64,000 bases of DNA, taken from Gammaproteobacteria bacterium. GTDB lineage: Bacteria > Pseudomonadota > Gammaproteobacteria > Steroidobacterales > UBA11654. The notes below the pieces were generated by a model. The model was not told the DNA's origin. It did not search any database and saw only the letters and a list, made by a program, of their open reading frames with translations. The DNA lies in the NCBI GenBank assembly GCA_012965065.1, contig DTSX01000111.1:634-64633 (forward strand). Reading direction: 5' to 3'. Below are positions 22,009-33,231 of this stretch, in pieces. A program made the translations under genes and the position numbers. The first letter of the stretch is position 1. The number at the start of each line of letters is the position of its first letter.

Positions 22009-22659
22009 ATGGGACAGAAAGTACATCCAATAGGTATCAGATTGGGAATCAGTAAGGACTGGTTATCCAAGTGGTTCTCTAACTCAGCTGATTTTCCAAT
22101 AAATGTTCACCATGACTTTCTAATTAGAAAGACCTTAGGTGAAAAATTGAAAGATGCTGCTACCAGTAGGATTGAAATAGAAAGGAGTTCAAAAAAAATA
22201 ACGATCACAATTCATTCTGCAAGACCAGGAATTGTAATTGGTAAAAAGGGAGAGGGAATTGAAGCATTAAGATTGGGGTTAGGAAAGTTACTGAATACAT
22301 CAATAAATAATATCCATCTTAATATTAATGAAATTAAAAAACCTGAGTTGGATGCAAGGCTTGTGGCCGCTTCAATTACCCAACAGCTGGAAAGACGTGT
22401 TCTTTTCAGACGAGCAATGAAAAGAGCTGTCACTAACACAATGAGATTAGGTGCTGAGGGAATTAAAGTGAAAGTTGCCGGCAGGCTTAATGGTGCAGAG
22501 ATCGCAAGATCAGAATGGTACCAAGAAGGCAGAGTTCCATTGCACACACTTAGGGCTGATATTGATTATGGTGTTGCAGAAGCAAAAACGACCTATGGAA
22601 TAATTGGAGTGAAAGTTTGGATTTTTAGAGGTGAAGTTGAGAAAGCAAAAACAAGCTGA
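22009..22659 (+). CDS. rpsC: 30S ribosomal protein S3
   Basis: 216 aa with [14 protein letters not shown] and a KH-domain pattern. Confidence 0.98.
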   Translation: MGQKVHPIGIRLGISKDWLSKWFSNSADFPINVHHDFLIRKTLGEKLKDAATSRIEIERSSKKITITIHSARPGIVIGKKGEGIEALRLGLGKLLNTSINNIHLNINEIKKPELDARLVAASITQQLERRVLFRRAMKRAVTNTMRLGAEGIKVKVAGRLNGAEIARSEWYQEGRVPLHTLRADIDYGVAEAKTTYGIIGVKVWIFRGEVEKAKTS

Positions 22660-22677
22660 CTAACAGAGGATTTTTAC

Positions 22678-23091
22678 ATGCTGCAACCAAAGAGAACAAA
22701 ATACAGAAAACAAATGAAAGGTAAAAACCGAGGCTTGGCATCTCAGGGAAATAAAGTTTCTTTCGGTGAATATGGCCTCAAAGCTACTGATCGTGGAAGG
22801 ATAACGGCTCGCCAAATTGAAGCTGCAAGAAAAGCGATGACAAGGCACATCAGAAGGGGAGGTAAGATTTGGATAAGGATATTTCCAGACAAACCTATCA
22901 CAAAAAAACCTCTGGAAGTTCGCCAAGGCAAAGGTAAGGGTAATGTTGAATACTGGGTTGCACAAATCCAACCGGGCAGGATTCTCTACGAGATGAGCGG
23001 TGTTGATGAGAATTTAGCAAAAGAAGCACTTAAATTAGCCGCAGCTAAGTTACCGGTTGATACCAAGTTTGTGACTAGGAAAATCATATGA
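22678..23091 (+). CDS. rplP: 50S ribosomal protein L16
   Basis: 137 aa with [15 protein letters not shown]. Confidence 0.98.
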   Translation: MLQPKRTKYRKQMKGKNRGLASQGNKVSFGEYGLKATDRGRITARQIEAARKAMTRHIRRGGKIWIRIFPDKPITKKPLEVRQGKGKGNVEYWVAQIQPGRILYEMSGVDENLAKEALKLAAAKLPVDTKFVTRKII

Positions 23092-23285
23092 TTGATCTAC
23101 AAGAAATAAGAATGAAAAATACATCCGATTTAAAGTTGTTGTTGGAAGATCTATTGGAGGAGCAGTTTAAACTGAAGATGCAAGCAGCTACAGGACAATT
23201 GGCCAAATCTACTGAATTTAAGAAGGTTAGAAAAAATATTGCAAGAATAAAAACCATCATGAAAGAAAAACAAAATAATGACTAA
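23088..23285 (+). CDS. rpmC: 50S ribosomal protein L29
   Basis: 65 aa, helical and L29-like ([15 protein letters not shown]). Lies between rplP and rpsQ and overlaps both. Confidence 0.93.
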   Translation: MIDLQEIRMKNTSDLKLLLEDLLEEQFKLKMQAATGQLAKSTEFKKVRKNIARIKTIMKEKQNND

Positions 23286-23544
23286 GAAAGTAGAAAAAAC
23301 ATCCAAAAAATCCACCGTCACTGGCAGGGTTGTCAGTACTTCTATGGATAAAACTATCAGTGTCGAAATAGAAAGGAGAATTAAACATCCGCTTTACAAC
23401 AAGTTTATCTTTAAGACCACCAAGTTGATGGCTCATGATGAAGACAATGCTTCGAAGGTAGGTGACACCGTTTCTTTAATACAGTCACATCCAATATCCA
23501 AAAGAAAATCGTGGTCTTTAAGAAAGATCATCCGGGAAGGATAA
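23278..23544 (+). CDS. rpsQ: 30S ribosomal protein S17
   Basis: 88 aa with TGRVVSTSMDKTISVEIERRIKHPLY. Confidence 0.96.
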   Translation: MTKKVEKTSKKSTVTGRVVSTSMDKTISVEIERRIKHPLYNKFIFKTTKLMAHDEDNASKVGDTVSLIQSHPISKRKSWSLRKIIREG

Positions 23545-23561
23545 AGAGGAAGAAGAAATAA

Positions 23562-23930
23562 ATGATACAAGCAGAAACAGTATTGAGTGTTGCAGATAAC
23601 AGTGGGGCTAGAAAAGTTCTGTGCATAAAGGTTTTGGGAGGTTCTAGGAAAAGGTATGCCCAAATTGGCGATGTTATTAAAGTGACTGTTAAAGACGCGA
23701 TACCAAGGGGTAAGGTAAAAAAAGGGGAGATCTATAATGCTTTGGTTGTAAGAACAAAACATGGAGTTCGAAGACCTGATGGATCACTAATCCGTTTTGA
23801 TGGCAATGCTGCAGTACTTCTAGACAGCAAAAGAGAACCAATAGGAACTAGAGTCTTTGGGCCAGTAACACGAGAACTAAGGGCCATAAATTATCTTAAG
23901 ATAATTTCTCTTGCACCAGAAGTTATTTAG
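23562..23930 (+). CDS. rplN: 50S ribosomal protein L14
   Basis: 122 aa with [19 protein letters not shown]. Confidence 0.98.
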   Translation: MIQAETVLSVADNSGARKVLCIKVLGGSRKRYAQIGDVIKVTVKDAIPRGKVKKGEIYNALVVRTKHGVRRPDGSLIRFDGNAAVLLDSKREPIGTRVFGPVTRELRAINYLKIISLAPEVI

Positions 23931-23945
23931 TTAGGAAAAATCAAG

Positions 23946-24263
23946 TTGAATAAAATCAAAAAAGGAGACGAAGTAATTGTTTTGACAGGCAAGGATAAGG
24001 GACGCCGAGGACAAGTTATAAAAGTAATTAAAAATAGGAAAGTTCTTATTGAAAACGTAAACCTTGTAAAAAAACATCAAAAAGGAAATCCAAACACAGG
24101 CGAAGCATCAGGAATCATTGAAAAGGAAATGCCAATCCATGTATCAAATGTAATATTGTTCAATCCCATAACCAAAAAAGGTGACAAAGTGGGCTTTAGG
24201 ATTTTGGAAGATGGTAGAAAAGTGAGATTCTTTAAATCCAATAATGAAGTAGTGGATATATAA
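23946..24263 (+). CDS. rplX: 50S ribosomal protein L24
   Basis: 105 aa with a TTG start and the KOW motif [20 protein letters not shown]. Confidence 0.95.
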   Translation: MNKIKKGDEVIVLTGKDKGRRGQVIKVIKNRKVLIENVNLVKKHQKGNPNTGEASGIIEKEMPIHVSNVILFNPITKKGDKVGFRILEDGRKVRFFKSNNEVVDI

Positions 24264-24276
24264 ATTATTATTAAAA

Positions 24277-24816
24277 ATGTTAGGAATTAAAGAAAAATAC
24301 TTAAAAGAAATAGTACCCGTGCTGCAAAAAGAGTTGGGGTACAGTAACTCTATGCAAGTTCCAAAAGTTCAGAAAATTACATTAAATATGGGTGTTGGTA
24401 AAGCTGTGGGGGATAAGAAAGCTATTGAAAAAGCCCAAAATGACCTTGAAAAAATAGCCGGTCAGAAACCCATAATTACCAAGGCAAAAAAATCTGTAGC
24501 ATCATATAAAATCAGGGAAGGGTTTCCCATTGGCTGCAAAGTCACTTTAAGGAAGACCAGAATGTATGAGTTTTTAGATAGATTAATCAACATTGCATTA
24601 CCTAGAGTTAGGGATTTTAGGGGTCTAGATAAAAAATCATTTGATGGCACTGGAAATTATTCTATAGGGGTAAAGGAGCAAATAATCTTTCCAGAAATTG
24701 ATTTTGATAATATCGATACAATCAGAGGGTTAGACATAACAATTACAACATCTGCAAACAGTGATGCTGAGGCTTTAGCCTTATTGCAAGCTTTTAATTT
24801 TCCGATAAAACAATAA
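24277..24816 (+). CDS. rplE: 50S ribosomal protein L5
   Basis: 179 aa with [13 protein letters not shown] and [10 protein letters not shown]. Confidence 0.98.
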   Translation: MLGIKEKYLKEIVPVLQKELGYSNSMQVPKVQKITLNMGVGKAVGDKKAIEKAQNDLEKIAGQKPIITKAKKSVASYKIREGFPIGCKVTLRKTRMYEFLDRLINIALPRVRDFRGLDKKSFDGTGNYSIGVKEQIIFPEIDFDNIDTIRGLDITITTSANSDAEALALLQAFNFPIKQ

Positions 24817-24829
24817 ACGAGAGATACAC

Positions 24830-25135
24830 ATGGCACGTAAAGCACTAGTAGAAAGGGCATTGAAAAGAGTTAAAACAGTTGAGCGTTTTGCGGGTAAAAG
24901 GCGTGTGTTAAAGAAAATTTTATCAGACTCAAACGCGACCCCTGAAGAGAAAAGAGCAGCAAGGGTGAAATTGCAAAAGTTACCAAGAAATGCCAGCCCA
25001 GTTAGACTGAGAAACAGATGTGTTGTTACCGGTAGACCGAAAGGGTTTTATAGAAAATTTGGGCTAGGAAGAACTACATTAAGGGAACAGGCAATGGAAG
25101 GAAATATTCCTGGTTTACACAAAGCAAGTTGGTAA
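24830..25135 (+). CDS. rpsN: 30S ribosomal protein S14 (long form)
   Basis: 101 aa ending in the canonical [41 protein letters not shown]. Confidence 0.97.
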   Translation: MARKALVERALKRVKTVERFAGKRRVLKKILSDSNATPEEKRAARVKLQKLPRNASPVRLRNRCVVTGRPKGFYRKFGLGRTTLREQAMEGNIPGLHKASW

Positions 25136-25148
25136 GAGAGAAATTAAT

Positions 25149-25547
25149 ATGACAATGACTGATCCAATAGCAGATATGCTAACTCGAATAAGGAATGCGC
25201 ATAAAATAAAAGCAACATCGGTTGTTATGCCTTCATCTAAAATGAAGGTTAACATTGCAAAAGTTTTGCTTAGGGAAGGTTATATCAAAGGGTTTGAGGA
25301 AGAAGAAATGGGAAACAGTAAAAAAGATTTGAATATACATTTGAAATACTACGAGGGCAGTCCTGTGATTGAAAAAATACACAGAGTCAGTAGACCTGGT
25401 CTTAGAATTTATAAACCCAAAAGCCAGCTACCCCAAGTCATGGGAGGCTTAGGTATTGCAATAGTTTCAACCTCTAAGGGTATTATGAGTGATAGAGAGG
25501 CAAGAGAACAAGGTGAGGGTGGAGAAATCTTGTGTTTTGTTGCCTAA
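25149..25547 (+). CDS. rpsH: 30S ribosomal protein S8
   Basis: 132 aa with [14 protein letters not shown]. Confidence 0.98.
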   Translation: MTMTDPIADMLTRIRNAHKIKATSVVMPSSKMKVNIAKVLLREGYIKGFEEEEMGNSKKDLNIHLKYYEGSPVIEKIHRVSRPGLRIYKPKSQLPQVMGGLGIAIVSTSKGIMSDREAREQGEGGEILCFVA

Positions 25548-25563
25548 TTTTATGAATATGATC

Positions 25564-26103
25564 ATGTCGAGTAAAGCAAAAAAACCAGTCCAATTTCCTG
25601 ATTCAGTTGATGTTTTAATACAAGATAATGAGAGTATTGAAGTCAAGGGTAAAAAGGGTGAGCTTCGATTGGATTTAATTTCTGAAGTGGCTGTAAGCAT
25701 CCACGAAAGTTCATTCAATGTTCAACCCACATCGAACTCAAAATTTTCGAAAGCAGCTGCGGGCACCTTTAGAAGCTTAATTAATAACATGATTATTGGT
25801 GTTTCAGAAGGGTATGAAAAAAAATTGGAATTAGTAGGAGTTGGTTATAGAGCAAGCATTCAAGGCAAGAAGGTCAACTTGACATTAGGATTCTCGCATC
25901 CTGTGGTTTACAAGATCCCTGATGAGATTGAAATACAAACTCCGTCCCGAACTGAAATTACAATCAAGGGGATTGATAAACAAAAAGTTGGGCAAGTTGC
26001 TGCAGAGATCAGGTCACTTAGACCACCTGAACCCTATAAGGGAAAAGGGGTTAGATACCAAGGTGAACAGATATCTCTCAAGGAAACAAAGAAGCAAGTG
26101 TAG
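25564..26103 (+). CDS. rplF: 50S ribosomal protein L6
   Basis: The ORF track start at 25489 lies inside rpsH. The ATG at 25564 gives MSSKAKKPVQFPDSVDV, like E. coli MSRVAKAPVVVPAGVDV. The ATGs at 25552 and 25558 are alternative starts. Confidence 0.93.
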   Translation: MSSKAKKPVQFPDSVDVLIQDNESIEVKGKKGELRLDLISEVAVSIHESSFNVQPTSNSKFSKAAAGTFRSLINNMIIGVSEGYEKKLELVGVGYRASIQGKKVNLTLGFSHPVVYKIPDEIEIQTPSRTEITIKGIDKQKVGQVAAEIRSLRPPEPYKGKGVRYQGEQISLKETKKQV

Positions 26104-26119
26104 GTAGATAGGTGAAATT

Positions 26120-26482
26120 GTGATTCCGAAACTATTAAAAAGAAAAAGAAGATGTAAAAAAACCAGGGCTAAAATCAGGGAACTGCAAGCATATCGTTTA
26201 AGTGTGCATAGAACACCAAAGCATATGTATGCCCAAATCATCTCTCCTGAGAATAATACCATTGTTGCCTCTGCATCAACCTTGCAGGCAGAGGTCAAGA
26301 AATCATTAAAGAACGGTAAAACAGGAAATATAGAGGCCGCAGAAATAGTCGGAAAAGTTATCGCACAAAAAGCTAAAAAAGCAAAGGTTGAAATCGTGGC
26401 GTTTGATAGATCTGGATTTATGTTTCATGGCAGAGTAAAAGCATTAGCAGAAGCTGCACGAGAAAATGGGTTGAAATTTTAA
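26120..26482 (+). CDS. rplR: 50S ribosomal protein L18
   Basis: 120 aa with a GTG start, [16 protein letters not shown] and [27 protein letters not shown]. Confidence 0.96.
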   Translation: MIPKLLKRKRRCKKTRAKIRELQAYRLSVHRTPKHMYAQIISPENNTIVASASTLQAEVKKSLKNGKTGNIEAAEIVGKVIAQKAKKAKVEIVAFDRSGFMFHGRVKALAEAARENGLKF

Positions 26483-26495
26483 GAGGCTGAGAAAA

Positions 26496-26996
26496 ATGAT
26501 CAATGTTGGAAGAAATAATGAAGAATTGATTGAAAAATTAGTGGCAGTAAATCGAGTGGCTAAAGTGGTTAAAGGAGGACGGCAATTCGGGTTTACAGCA
26601 ATAACAGTTGTTGGCAACGGCAAGGGCAAAATTGGAATGGGGTATGGCAAGGCGAAAGAGGTTCCATTGGCCATTCAGAAAGCGATGCAAACAGCAAGAA
26701 AAAATTTGCATTCAGTGGCTCTTAATAAAGAGACAATTTATTATGAGACAACCGGAAAGCATGGAGCATCGAAGGTTTTTATGCGGCCAGCTGCAGATGG
26801 AACAGGAATAATTGCCGGTGGAGCTATGCGTGCGGTTTTTGAATGTGTGGGCATAAGAAATGTGTTGGCGAAGAGCTATGGTTCGAGAAACCCTATCAAT
26901 TTAGTTCGAGCAACAATTAACGCACTTGACCACATACGTTCACCAGAACGTGTTGCAAAAAGGAGAGGTATACCTCTTTCAAGAACTTTTAGCTAG
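26496..26996 (+). CDS. rpsE: 30S ribosomal protein S5
   Basis: 166 aa with [36 protein letters not shown]. Confidence 0.98.
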   Translation: MINVGRNNEELIEKLVAVNRVAKVVKGGRQFGFTAITVVGNGKGKIGMGYGKAKEVPLAIQKAMQTARKNLHSVALNKETIYYETTGKHGASKVFMRPAADGTGIIAGGAMRAVFECVGIRNVLAKSYGSRNPINLVRATINALDHIRSPERVAKRRGIPLSRTFS

Positions 26997-27004
26997 ATAA
27001 TTTT

Positions 27005-27196
27005 ATGAATAAAAAAGTCAAAAAACTACGCGTCAAATTGGTAAAGAGTCAGTTTGGTAGGATCAAGAAGCATAGGGCTTGTATTGCAGGTATTGGTTTG
27101 AAAAAGATCAACCAAGTTGTTGAGCTTGATGCTACTCCTGAAAATTTAGGAATGGTTAATAAAATCAGATACCTAGTTAATGTAGAGGAGCTTTGA
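27005..27196 (+). CDS. rpmD: 50S ribosomal protein L30
   Basis: 63 aa, L30-like ([25 protein letters not shown]), between rpsE and rplO. Confidence 0.95.
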   Translation: MNKKVKKLRVKLVKSQFGRIKKHRACIAGIGLKKINQVVELDATPENLGMVNKIRYLVNVEEL

Positions 27197-27197
27197 A

Positions 27198-27632
27198 ATG
27201 AGACTCAATACTCTTCAACCCAAGATAGGCAGCAAATTTACTAAGAGTAGAAAGGGTAAAGGCCATGCAGCTGGATTGGGTAAAACAGCGGGCAGGGGGC
27301 ACAAAGGGCAGAAAGCAAGATCTGGTGGTTTTCATAAAGTTGGTTTTGAAGGAGGTCAAATGCCCTTACAAAGAAGACTGCCTAAAAGAGGATTTGCCTC
27401 CAGGAAACTGCAAAACACTTACGAAGTTCGTCTCAATGATTTGGCCAAGGTAGAAGAAGAAATCATTGATTTGGATGCTTTAAAAAACGCAAATATCGTT
27501 CCAAGGTCTGCTGAAAGTATAAAAGTTATTGCAACTGGTGAAGTGAATAAAGCACTAACAATTCAGGGTTTACTTATCACTGTAAAAGCTAAAGAAGCAA
27601 TCGAAAATGCAGGCGGTAAGGTAATAGATTAA
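27198..27632 (+). CDS. rplO: 50S ribosomal protein L15
   Basis: 144 aa with MRLNTLQP...[13 protein letters not shown]. Confidence 0.97.
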   Translation: MRLNTLQPKIGSKFTKSRKGKGHAAGLGKTAGRGHKGQKARSGGFHKVGFEGGQMPLQRRLPKRGFASRKLQNTYEVRLNDLAKVEEEIIDLDALKNANIVPRSAESIKVIATGEVNKALTIQGLLITVKAKEAIENAGGKVID

Positions 27633-27634
27633 AT

Positions 27635-28978
27635 ATGGCAAAATCAGGCATAACAAGTCCAGCATCTGCTTTCGGGGAAATAACTCGTTTTACCGAGTTA
27701 CGCCAGCGTTTGTTATTTCTGGTAGGTGCCTTAGTTGTTTATAGAATAGGAACATACATTCCAGTTCCTGGTATTGATCCAAATGCTTTGCAAAATTTCT
27801 TCCAAGACCAATCCGGGACTATTCTTAGCATGTTTAATATGTTTTCTGGCGGTGCTTTAGAGCGCTTAAGTATTCTTGCTTTAGGAATTATGCCGTATAT
27901 TTCATGTTCCATCATTATGCAAATGGCGAGTGTGACGGTTCCTTCACTGAAACAATTGAAGAAAGAAGGGGAATCAGGTAGGAAAAAAATAACTCAATTT
28001 ACAAGATATGGGACTGTGGTCTTAGCAGGATTTCAATCTATAGGTGCATCCGTCGCATTACAAAATCAAGGTGTGGTTGTGAATCCCGGTTTCAATTTTG
28101 TTTTCACTGCTTGTATTAGCTTGGTGACAGGAACAATGTTTCTGATGTGGTTAGGTGAGCAAATTACGGAAAGAGGACTAGGTAATGGTATTTCAATGAT
28201 TATTTTAGCCAGCATTATTTCCGGTCTTCCGTCAGCAATTGGGGGAACACTCGAATTAGCAAACACTGGTGAACTTTCCCCAGCAATAGTCTTAATTCTT
28301 CTAATGTTAGTTCTCTCAGTTACTGCTATTGTCGTTTTCATAGAAAGAGGGCAAAGGAGAATTCCTGTCAATTACGCAAAAAGGCAACAAGGAAGGAAGT
28401 TATATCAGAGTCAGTCAACACATTTGCCCTTTAAGATAAATATGTCTGGGGTTATTCCACCAATATTTGCTTCCAGTATCATATTATTTCCAGCTACAAT
28501 TGCCAGTTGGTTTGGTACTTCTGAAGGTTTTGATTGGATGCAAAATATTGCTGCTAAATTAACACCTGGTCAACCTATTTACATTATGTTGTATGGATCT
28601 CTGATCATGTTTTTTTGTTTCTTCTATACTGCCTTGGTCTTTGATTCAAAAGAAACAGCAGATAATTTGAAGCGATCAGGAGCATTCATGCCTGGAATTA
28701 GACCTGGACACCAAACAGCTCAATACATAGATAAAGTGCTAACAAGGTTAACATTTTGGGGCGGATTGTATATAGTGTCCGTCTGCCTTTTGCCAGAATT
28801 CATGATTCTCTACTACAGAGTCCCATTTTATTTTGGTGGAACGTCATTGTTAATTATTGTAGTTGTGACCATGGATTTTATGGCACAAATGCAGGCATTA
28901 ATGATGTCAAAACAGTATGAAGGCCTGTTACAAAAAGCAAATCTCAGGGGATATGGTAAAAGTGGGCAGTTAAAGTAA
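27635..28978 (+). CDS. secY: Preprotein translocase subunit SecY
   Basis: 447-aa protein with about 10 transmembrane segments in the canonical position. SecY blocks present ([31 protein letters not shown]). Confidence 0.98.
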   Translation: MAKSGITSPASAFGEITRFTELRQRLLFLVGALVVYRIGTYIPVPGIDPNALQNFFQDQSGTILSMFNMFSGGALERLSILALGIMPYISCSIIMQMASVTVPSLKQLKKEGESGRKKITQFTRYGTVVLAGFQSIGASVALQNQGVVVNPGFNFVFTACISLVTGTMFLMWLGEQITERGLGNGISMIILASIISGLPSAIGGTLELANTGELSPAIVLILLMLVLSVTAIVVFIERGQRRIPVNYAKRQQGRKLYQSQSTHLPFKINMSGVIPPIFASSIILFPATIASWFGTSEGFDWMQNIAAKLTPGQPIYIMLYGSLIMFFCFFYTALVFDSKETADNLKRSGAFMPGIRPGHQTAQYIDKVLTRLTFWGGLYIVSVCLLPEFMILYYRVPFYFGGTSLLIIVVVTMDFMAQMQALMMSKQYEGLLQKANLRGYGKSGQLK

Positions 28979-28994
28979 ACGAATGTAGGTTGGT

Positions 28995-29108
28995 ATGAAA
29001 GTAAGAGCATCAGTAAAAAAAATGTGTCGAAACTGCAAAATAGTTCGCCGAAAAGGTGTTCTCAGGGTTGTATGTAAGAACCCAAGGCATAAACAAAGAC
29101 AAGGATAG
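28995..29108 (+). CDS. rpmJ: 50S ribosomal protein L36 (Zn-ribbon form)
   Basis: Absent from the ORF track because it is under 60 aa. Hand translation gives [37 protein letters not shown] (37 aa), with C-x2-C...C-x4-H, between secY and rpsM. Confidence 0.95.
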   Translation: MKVRASVKKMCRNCKIVRRKGVLRVVCKNPRHKQRQG

Positions 29109-29116
29109 GCAAAAAC

Positions 29117-29473
29117 ATGGCAAGGATTGCAGGAATAAATATACCAGATAATAAGCATGTGAGAATTTCACTAACTTACATTTTTGGCATCGGTAATTCT
29201 CTGGCTAATAGTCTTTGTAAAACTCTAGCTATATCTGGTGATACCAAAGTCAGTGATCTATCTGAACAAGAATTGGAATCACTTAGAACGGCAATAACAA
29301 ACCTAAACGTAGAGGGCGATCTCAGACGAGAAATCTCAACAAATATTAAACGCTTACTGGATTTAGGCTGTTATCGAGGTATAAGGCACAGAAGAGGTTT
29401 GCCTGTTCGTGGACAGAGAAGTAAAACAAATGCTAGGACTAGGAAGGGTCCTAGAAAACCAATGAGAGCCTAA
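29117..29473 (+). CDS. rpsM: 30S ribosomal protein S13
   Basis: 118 aa with [15 protein letters not shown]. Confidence 0.98.
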   Translation: MARIAGINIPDNKHVRISLTYIFGIGNSLANSLCKTLAISGDTKVSDLSEQELESLRTAITNLNVEGDLRREISTNIKRLLDLGCYRGIRHRRGLPVRGQRSKTNARTRKGPRKPMRA

Positions 29474-29504
29474 AAGGGACATATTAATTACAACGCAGAA
29501 TACT

Positions 29505-29870
29505 ATGAAAAAAGTAAAAAAGAATATTACCGATGGTATCGCACATATCCATGCTTCTTTTAACAATACAATCGTGACAATTACCGACAGAGCTGGAAAT
29601 ACTTTGTCGTGGGCGACTGCCGGAGGTTCAGGTTTTAGAGGGTCAAGAAAAAGCACTCCATTTGCAGCACAAGTGGCGGCTGAAAAAGCTGGTACTGCTG
29701 CTAAGGCATTGGGATTAAAAAATCTTGATGTTAAAGTCAAAGGACCGGGACCAGGAAGAGACTCAGCCTTACGTGCATTGAATTCAATCGGCCTCAACAT
29801 AAGTAGCATCGAGGATGTTACTCCCATCCCACACAACGGATGCAGACCCCCAAAACAAAGAAGAGTGTAA
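29505..29870 (+). CDS. rpsK: 30S ribosomal protein S11
   Basis: 121 aa with [22 protein letters not shown]...[15 protein letters not shown]. Confidence 0.98.
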   Translation: MKKVKKNITDGIAHIHASFNNTIVTITDRAGNTLSWATAGGSGFRGSRKSTPFAAQVAAEKAGTAAKALGLKNLDVKVKGPGPGRDSALRALNSIGLNISSIEDVTPIPHNGCRPPKQRRV

Positions 29871-29877
29871 AGTAATT

Positions 29878-30501
29878 ATGGCACGATACTTAGGACCAAA
29901 ATGCAAACTATCTAGAAGAGAAGGTACTGACCTGTTTCTTAAAAGTGGCATTAAACCACTGGAAAATAAATGCAAACTTAACACTCCCCCTGGATCGAGG
30001 CTTGGATCCAGAAGGGAAAGACTATCTGGTTATGGTGTTCAATTAAGAGAAAAGCAAAAGTTGAGAAGAATGTATGGAATATTAGAAAAACAGTTCAGAA
30101 ACTATTATAAAAAAGCAGCAAAGATTAAAGGTTCAACAGGAGAGAACCTTCTCAAGTTGTTGGAATGCCGCTTGGATAATATGGTTTACAGGATGGGGTT
30201 TGCAGTTACAAGAGCTGAAGCACGACAAATAGTCAGCCATAAAACAATTACCGTTAACAGTACTGTTGTTAATATTCCATCCTACCAAGTCTCAGCAAAT
30301 GATGAGATAGGAGTAATCGAGAAGGCGCAAAGCCAACTAAGGATCAAGAACGCAATGAAAATAGCAACTCAGTTAGGGATTTGTGAATGGTTGCAAGTAG
30401 ATGAAAAGAAATTCTCTGGAATAGTAAAATCCATACCCGACAGGGAAGATATTTTACCCGATATCAATGAGAATTTGGTTGTAGAGTTTTACTCTAAATA
30501 A
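29878..30501 (+). CDS. rpsD: 30S ribosomal protein S4
   Basis: The ORF track start at 29815 is inside rpsK. The ATG at 29878 gives the canonical [24 protein letters not shown] and 207 aa. Confidence 0.96.
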   Translation: MARYLGPKCKLSRREGTDLFLKSGIKPLENKCKLNTPPGSRLGSRRERLSGYGVQLREKQKLRRMYGILEKQFRNYYKKAAKIKGSTGENLLKLLECRLDNMVYRMGFAVTRAEARQIVSHKTITVNSTVVNIPSYQVSANDEIGVIEKAQSQLRIKNAMKIATQLGICEWLQVDEKKFSGIVKSIPDREDILPDINENLVVEFYSK

Positions 30502-30517
30502 TAGGGAGAATCGTAAT

Positions 30518-31567
30518 ATGGTAGAGCAAATAGAAACAGTAGTGGAAGAGATTGAAAAAGAAGAAATCGTTTTGGACCTACTCAGCCCGAGGGTAATCAA
30601 ACTCGAATCAAAGTATGAGCTTCACTCAAAAGTATCCATCGAACCTTTTGAAAGAGGTTTTGGTTACACACTGGGGAACGCTTTGAGAAGGGTATTGTTG
30701 TCCAGCTTACCTGGTTTTGCAATTACAGAAGTCCAGATAGATGGTGTACTTCATGAATACACAACGATTGATGGAGTTCAGGAAGATGTGGTTGAAATAC
30801 TTCTTAATCTAAAGAATGTTGCAATTAATCTACAAACCCGTGATCACGCTGAATTTGTTATCAGTAAAAAAGGTCCTGGAGAAATAACAGCCGGTGATAT
30901 CCAAGTTGACCAGGATGTCGTGATTGTAAACCCCGATCACCACATTGCCACAATTAATTCTGATAAAGAACTAAACATGCAATTGAGGGTTGAAAAAGGG
31001 ACTGGTTATAGACCAGTTGTAACAAACAAAGGACAGGATGATATCGGTGAAACTATTGGTCTGTTAAAACTAGATGCATCTTTCAGCCCAATAAAAAAAG
31101 TAAGTTATACGGTAGAATCTGCTCGTGTTGAAAACAGAACAGATCTTGATAAATTGATTGTTGATTTGGAGACAGATGGGACAATTGGACCTGAAAGTGC
31201 AATAAAATATGCCGGTGCTATTCTTCAAAATCAACTGAGTATTTTTGTTGACTTGACCAGAGTGCAAGAACAACAACAAGAGGAAGAAGAAGTTTTGATC
31301 GATCCGATTATGTTAAGACCTGTGGATGAATTGGAATTAACGGTGCGCTCAGCAAATTGTCTTAAGGCTGAGAATGCAAATTATATTGGCGATTTGGTCC
31401 AGAAAACAGAAGTGGAATTATTACGCACACCCAATCTAGGCAAGAAATCCTTAAATGAAATCAAAGCTGTCTTGGGCAGCCACGGATTGTCATTAGGAAT
31501 GGAATTAGATAACTGGCCCCCCAAAGAATTAATGCCAGATGACGACGCAGATAAGAATGAAGATTAA
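30518..31567 (+). CDS. rpoA: DNA-directed RNA polymerase subunit alpha
   Basis: 349 aa with [14 protein letters not shown] and, in the C-terminal domain, [20 protein letters not shown]. Carries an acidic N-terminal extension of about 13 aa relative to E. coli. GGGAGA lies 7 nt upstream of the ATG. Confidence 0.97.
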   Translation: MVEQIETVVEEIEKEEIVLDLLSPRVIKLESKYELHSKVSIEPFERGFGYTLGNALRRVLLSSLPGFAITEVQIDGVLHEYTTIDGVQEDVVEILLNLKNVAINLQTRDHAEFVISKKGPGEITAGDIQVDQDVVIVNPDHHIATINSDKELNMQLRVEKGTGYRPVVTNKGQDDIGETIGLLKLDASFSPIKKVSYTVESARVENRTDLDKLIVDLETDGTIGPESAIKYAGAILQNQLSIFVDLTRVQEQQQEEEEVLIDPIMLRPVDELELTVRSANCLKAENANYIGDLVQKTEVELLRTPNLGKKSLNEIKAVLGSHGLSLGMELDNWPPKELMPDDDADKNED

Positions 31568-31590
31568 CACAGTAAGGATTCGGTGGTGTC

Positions 31591-31980
31591 ATGCGACATA
31601 AGAAGATAGGAAGAAGACTGGGCAGAGACAGCAGTCACCGTAAAGCAATGTTTCGTAACATGGCTGCGTCTCTTATTGAACACGAGTCAATCTCAACTAC
31701 CTTATCCAAAGCTAAGGAGCTCAGGAGAACGTTAGAGCCCCTGATTACACTTGCTAAAGAAGACGATGTTTCCAGGAGAAGAAGGGCGTTTAATAAAATT
31801 AGAAACAGAGCAGCAGTCGGTAAGCTTTTTAATGAAATAGGACCCAGATTCAAGGATAGACCTGGGGGTTATTTAAGGATTCTAAAAAAAGGAAGCAGGC
31901 CTGGTGATTCTGCACCAATGGCTCTTATACAATTAACTGACTACGAAATTGAAAACGATGAAAATACAAATGATAACTAG
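31591..31980 (+). CDS. rplQ: 50S ribosomal protein L17
   Basis: 129 aa with [25 protein letters not shown]. Confidence 0.98.
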   Translation: MRHKKIGRRLGRDSSHRKAMFRNMAASLIEHESISTTLSKAKELRRTLEPLITLAKEDDVSRRRRAFNKIRNRAAVGKLFNEIGPRFKDRPGGYLRILKKGSRPGDSAPMALIQLTDYEIENDENTNDN

Positions 31981-32220
31981 ATACTAGTATTTTTTTCATT
32001 GTTCATCTTGGTTGTTCCCGTTGCTGTAGCCCCAAAATTTTCCTGAGATTCTTTTTGCCAAACCGGAATTATTTATTATTTTTCAATGGCATTTCATATG
32101 CAGCTTTCAAGATGTTACATACTAAAAAACCCTTAAGCTTTATTTAATCAGATAGTTAAATGGTTTGTTATTCTATGTATGATGATTATAGTTTGAGATG
32201 TTTTAGATAAGATTGAGAGC

Positions 32221-33231
32221 ATGAATCAAAAAACAATACTGACAGGAATAACTACCACAGGGAGACCACATTTAGGTAATTATGCTGGAGCTATCAGACC
32301 AGCAATTAAGGCAAGTTTTGAGCAAGGTTTACAGTCTTTTTATTTTCTTGCTGATTACCACTCACTGGTAAAAAATAAAGACCCTAAAGAAGTTAAAAAA
32401 TCTTGCATGGAAGTTGCTGCAACATGGTTGGCACTTGGTTTGGATACCAAAAAGACCTATTTTTATCGCCAATCTGACATCCCTGAAATACCAGAACTTA
32501 TGTGGATTTTAAGTACATTTACAGCTAAAGGCTTAATGAATAGGGCCCATGCTTATAAATCTGTGGTTCAACTGAATGAAGAATCTGGTGGATCCGAATC
32601 AGATAAGGGAATCTCCATGGCATTGTTTTCATATCCAATTTTAATGGCTGCTGATATTCTAATGTTTAAGGCAACTGATGTACCTGTAGGCCAAGATCAA
32701 AAACAACATATGGAAATGGTCAGAGATGTAGCGCAGCGTTTCAATCATCACTATGGTGATATTTTTGTTGTTCCTAAAGCGATAATAGCTAAAGCATCGG
32801 CTATATTGCCTGGTTTGGATGGTAGGAAAATGAGTAAAAGTTACAACAACTCAATACCCCTATTTTTAGGCAGCAACGAGTTGAGAAAATTAATCATGAA
32901 GATTAAGACCAATTCTCTTGAGCCAGGTGAGCCTAAATCAACTGAAGCTTGCACACTTTTTGATATTTACCATGCAATTTCGAAACCAGAAGAATCTCTG
33001 TTGTTTAAAGAACAATTAGAACAGGGTATGGCATGGGGTGCTGCTAAAGAGGAGCTGTTTGTTTATATAGAAGATCTTTTCTCAGGACCCAAAGAAGAGT
33101 ACTTGAAATTGATTGATGATCAAACTTATATTGAGTCTGTGTTATCTGCAGGAGCAGAAAAAGCTAGAGATTTATCGTCTTCTTATTTAAAAAAGATCAA
33201 AACTGTTGTTGGTATTGGATCTTTAGTCTGA
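32221..33231 (+). CDS. trpS: Tryptophan--tRNA ligase
   Basis: 336-aa class I aminoacyl-tRNA synthetase with a HIGH-type motif (TGRPHLGNY), [12 protein letters not shown] and KMSKS. Matches the TrpRS pattern. Confidence 0.85.
   Translation: MNQKTILTGITTTGRPHLGNYAGAIRPAIKASFEQGLQSFYFLADYHSLVKNKDPKEVKKSCMEVAATWLALGLDTKKTYFYRQSDIPEIPELMWILSTFTAKGLMNRAHAYKSVVQLNEESGGSESDKGISMALFSYPILMAADILMFKATDVPVGQDQKQHMEMVRDVAQRFNHHYGDIFVVPKAIIAKASAILPGLDGRKMSKSYNNSIPLFLGSNELRKLIMKIKTNSLEPGEPKSTEACTLFDIYHAISKPEESLLFKEQLEQGMAWGAAKEELFVYIEDLFSGPKEEYLKLIDDQTYIESVLSAGAEKARDLSSSYLKKIKTVVGIGSLV

Noticed and set aside
31976-31996. Possible terminator after rplQ: ACTAG-ATA-CTAGT followed by ATTTTTTT
   Set aside because: The stem is only 5 bp and AT-rich, with a 3-nt loop. 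That is too weak to call an intrinsic terminator with confidence, although the T7 run and its position at the end of the alpha operon are suggestive.
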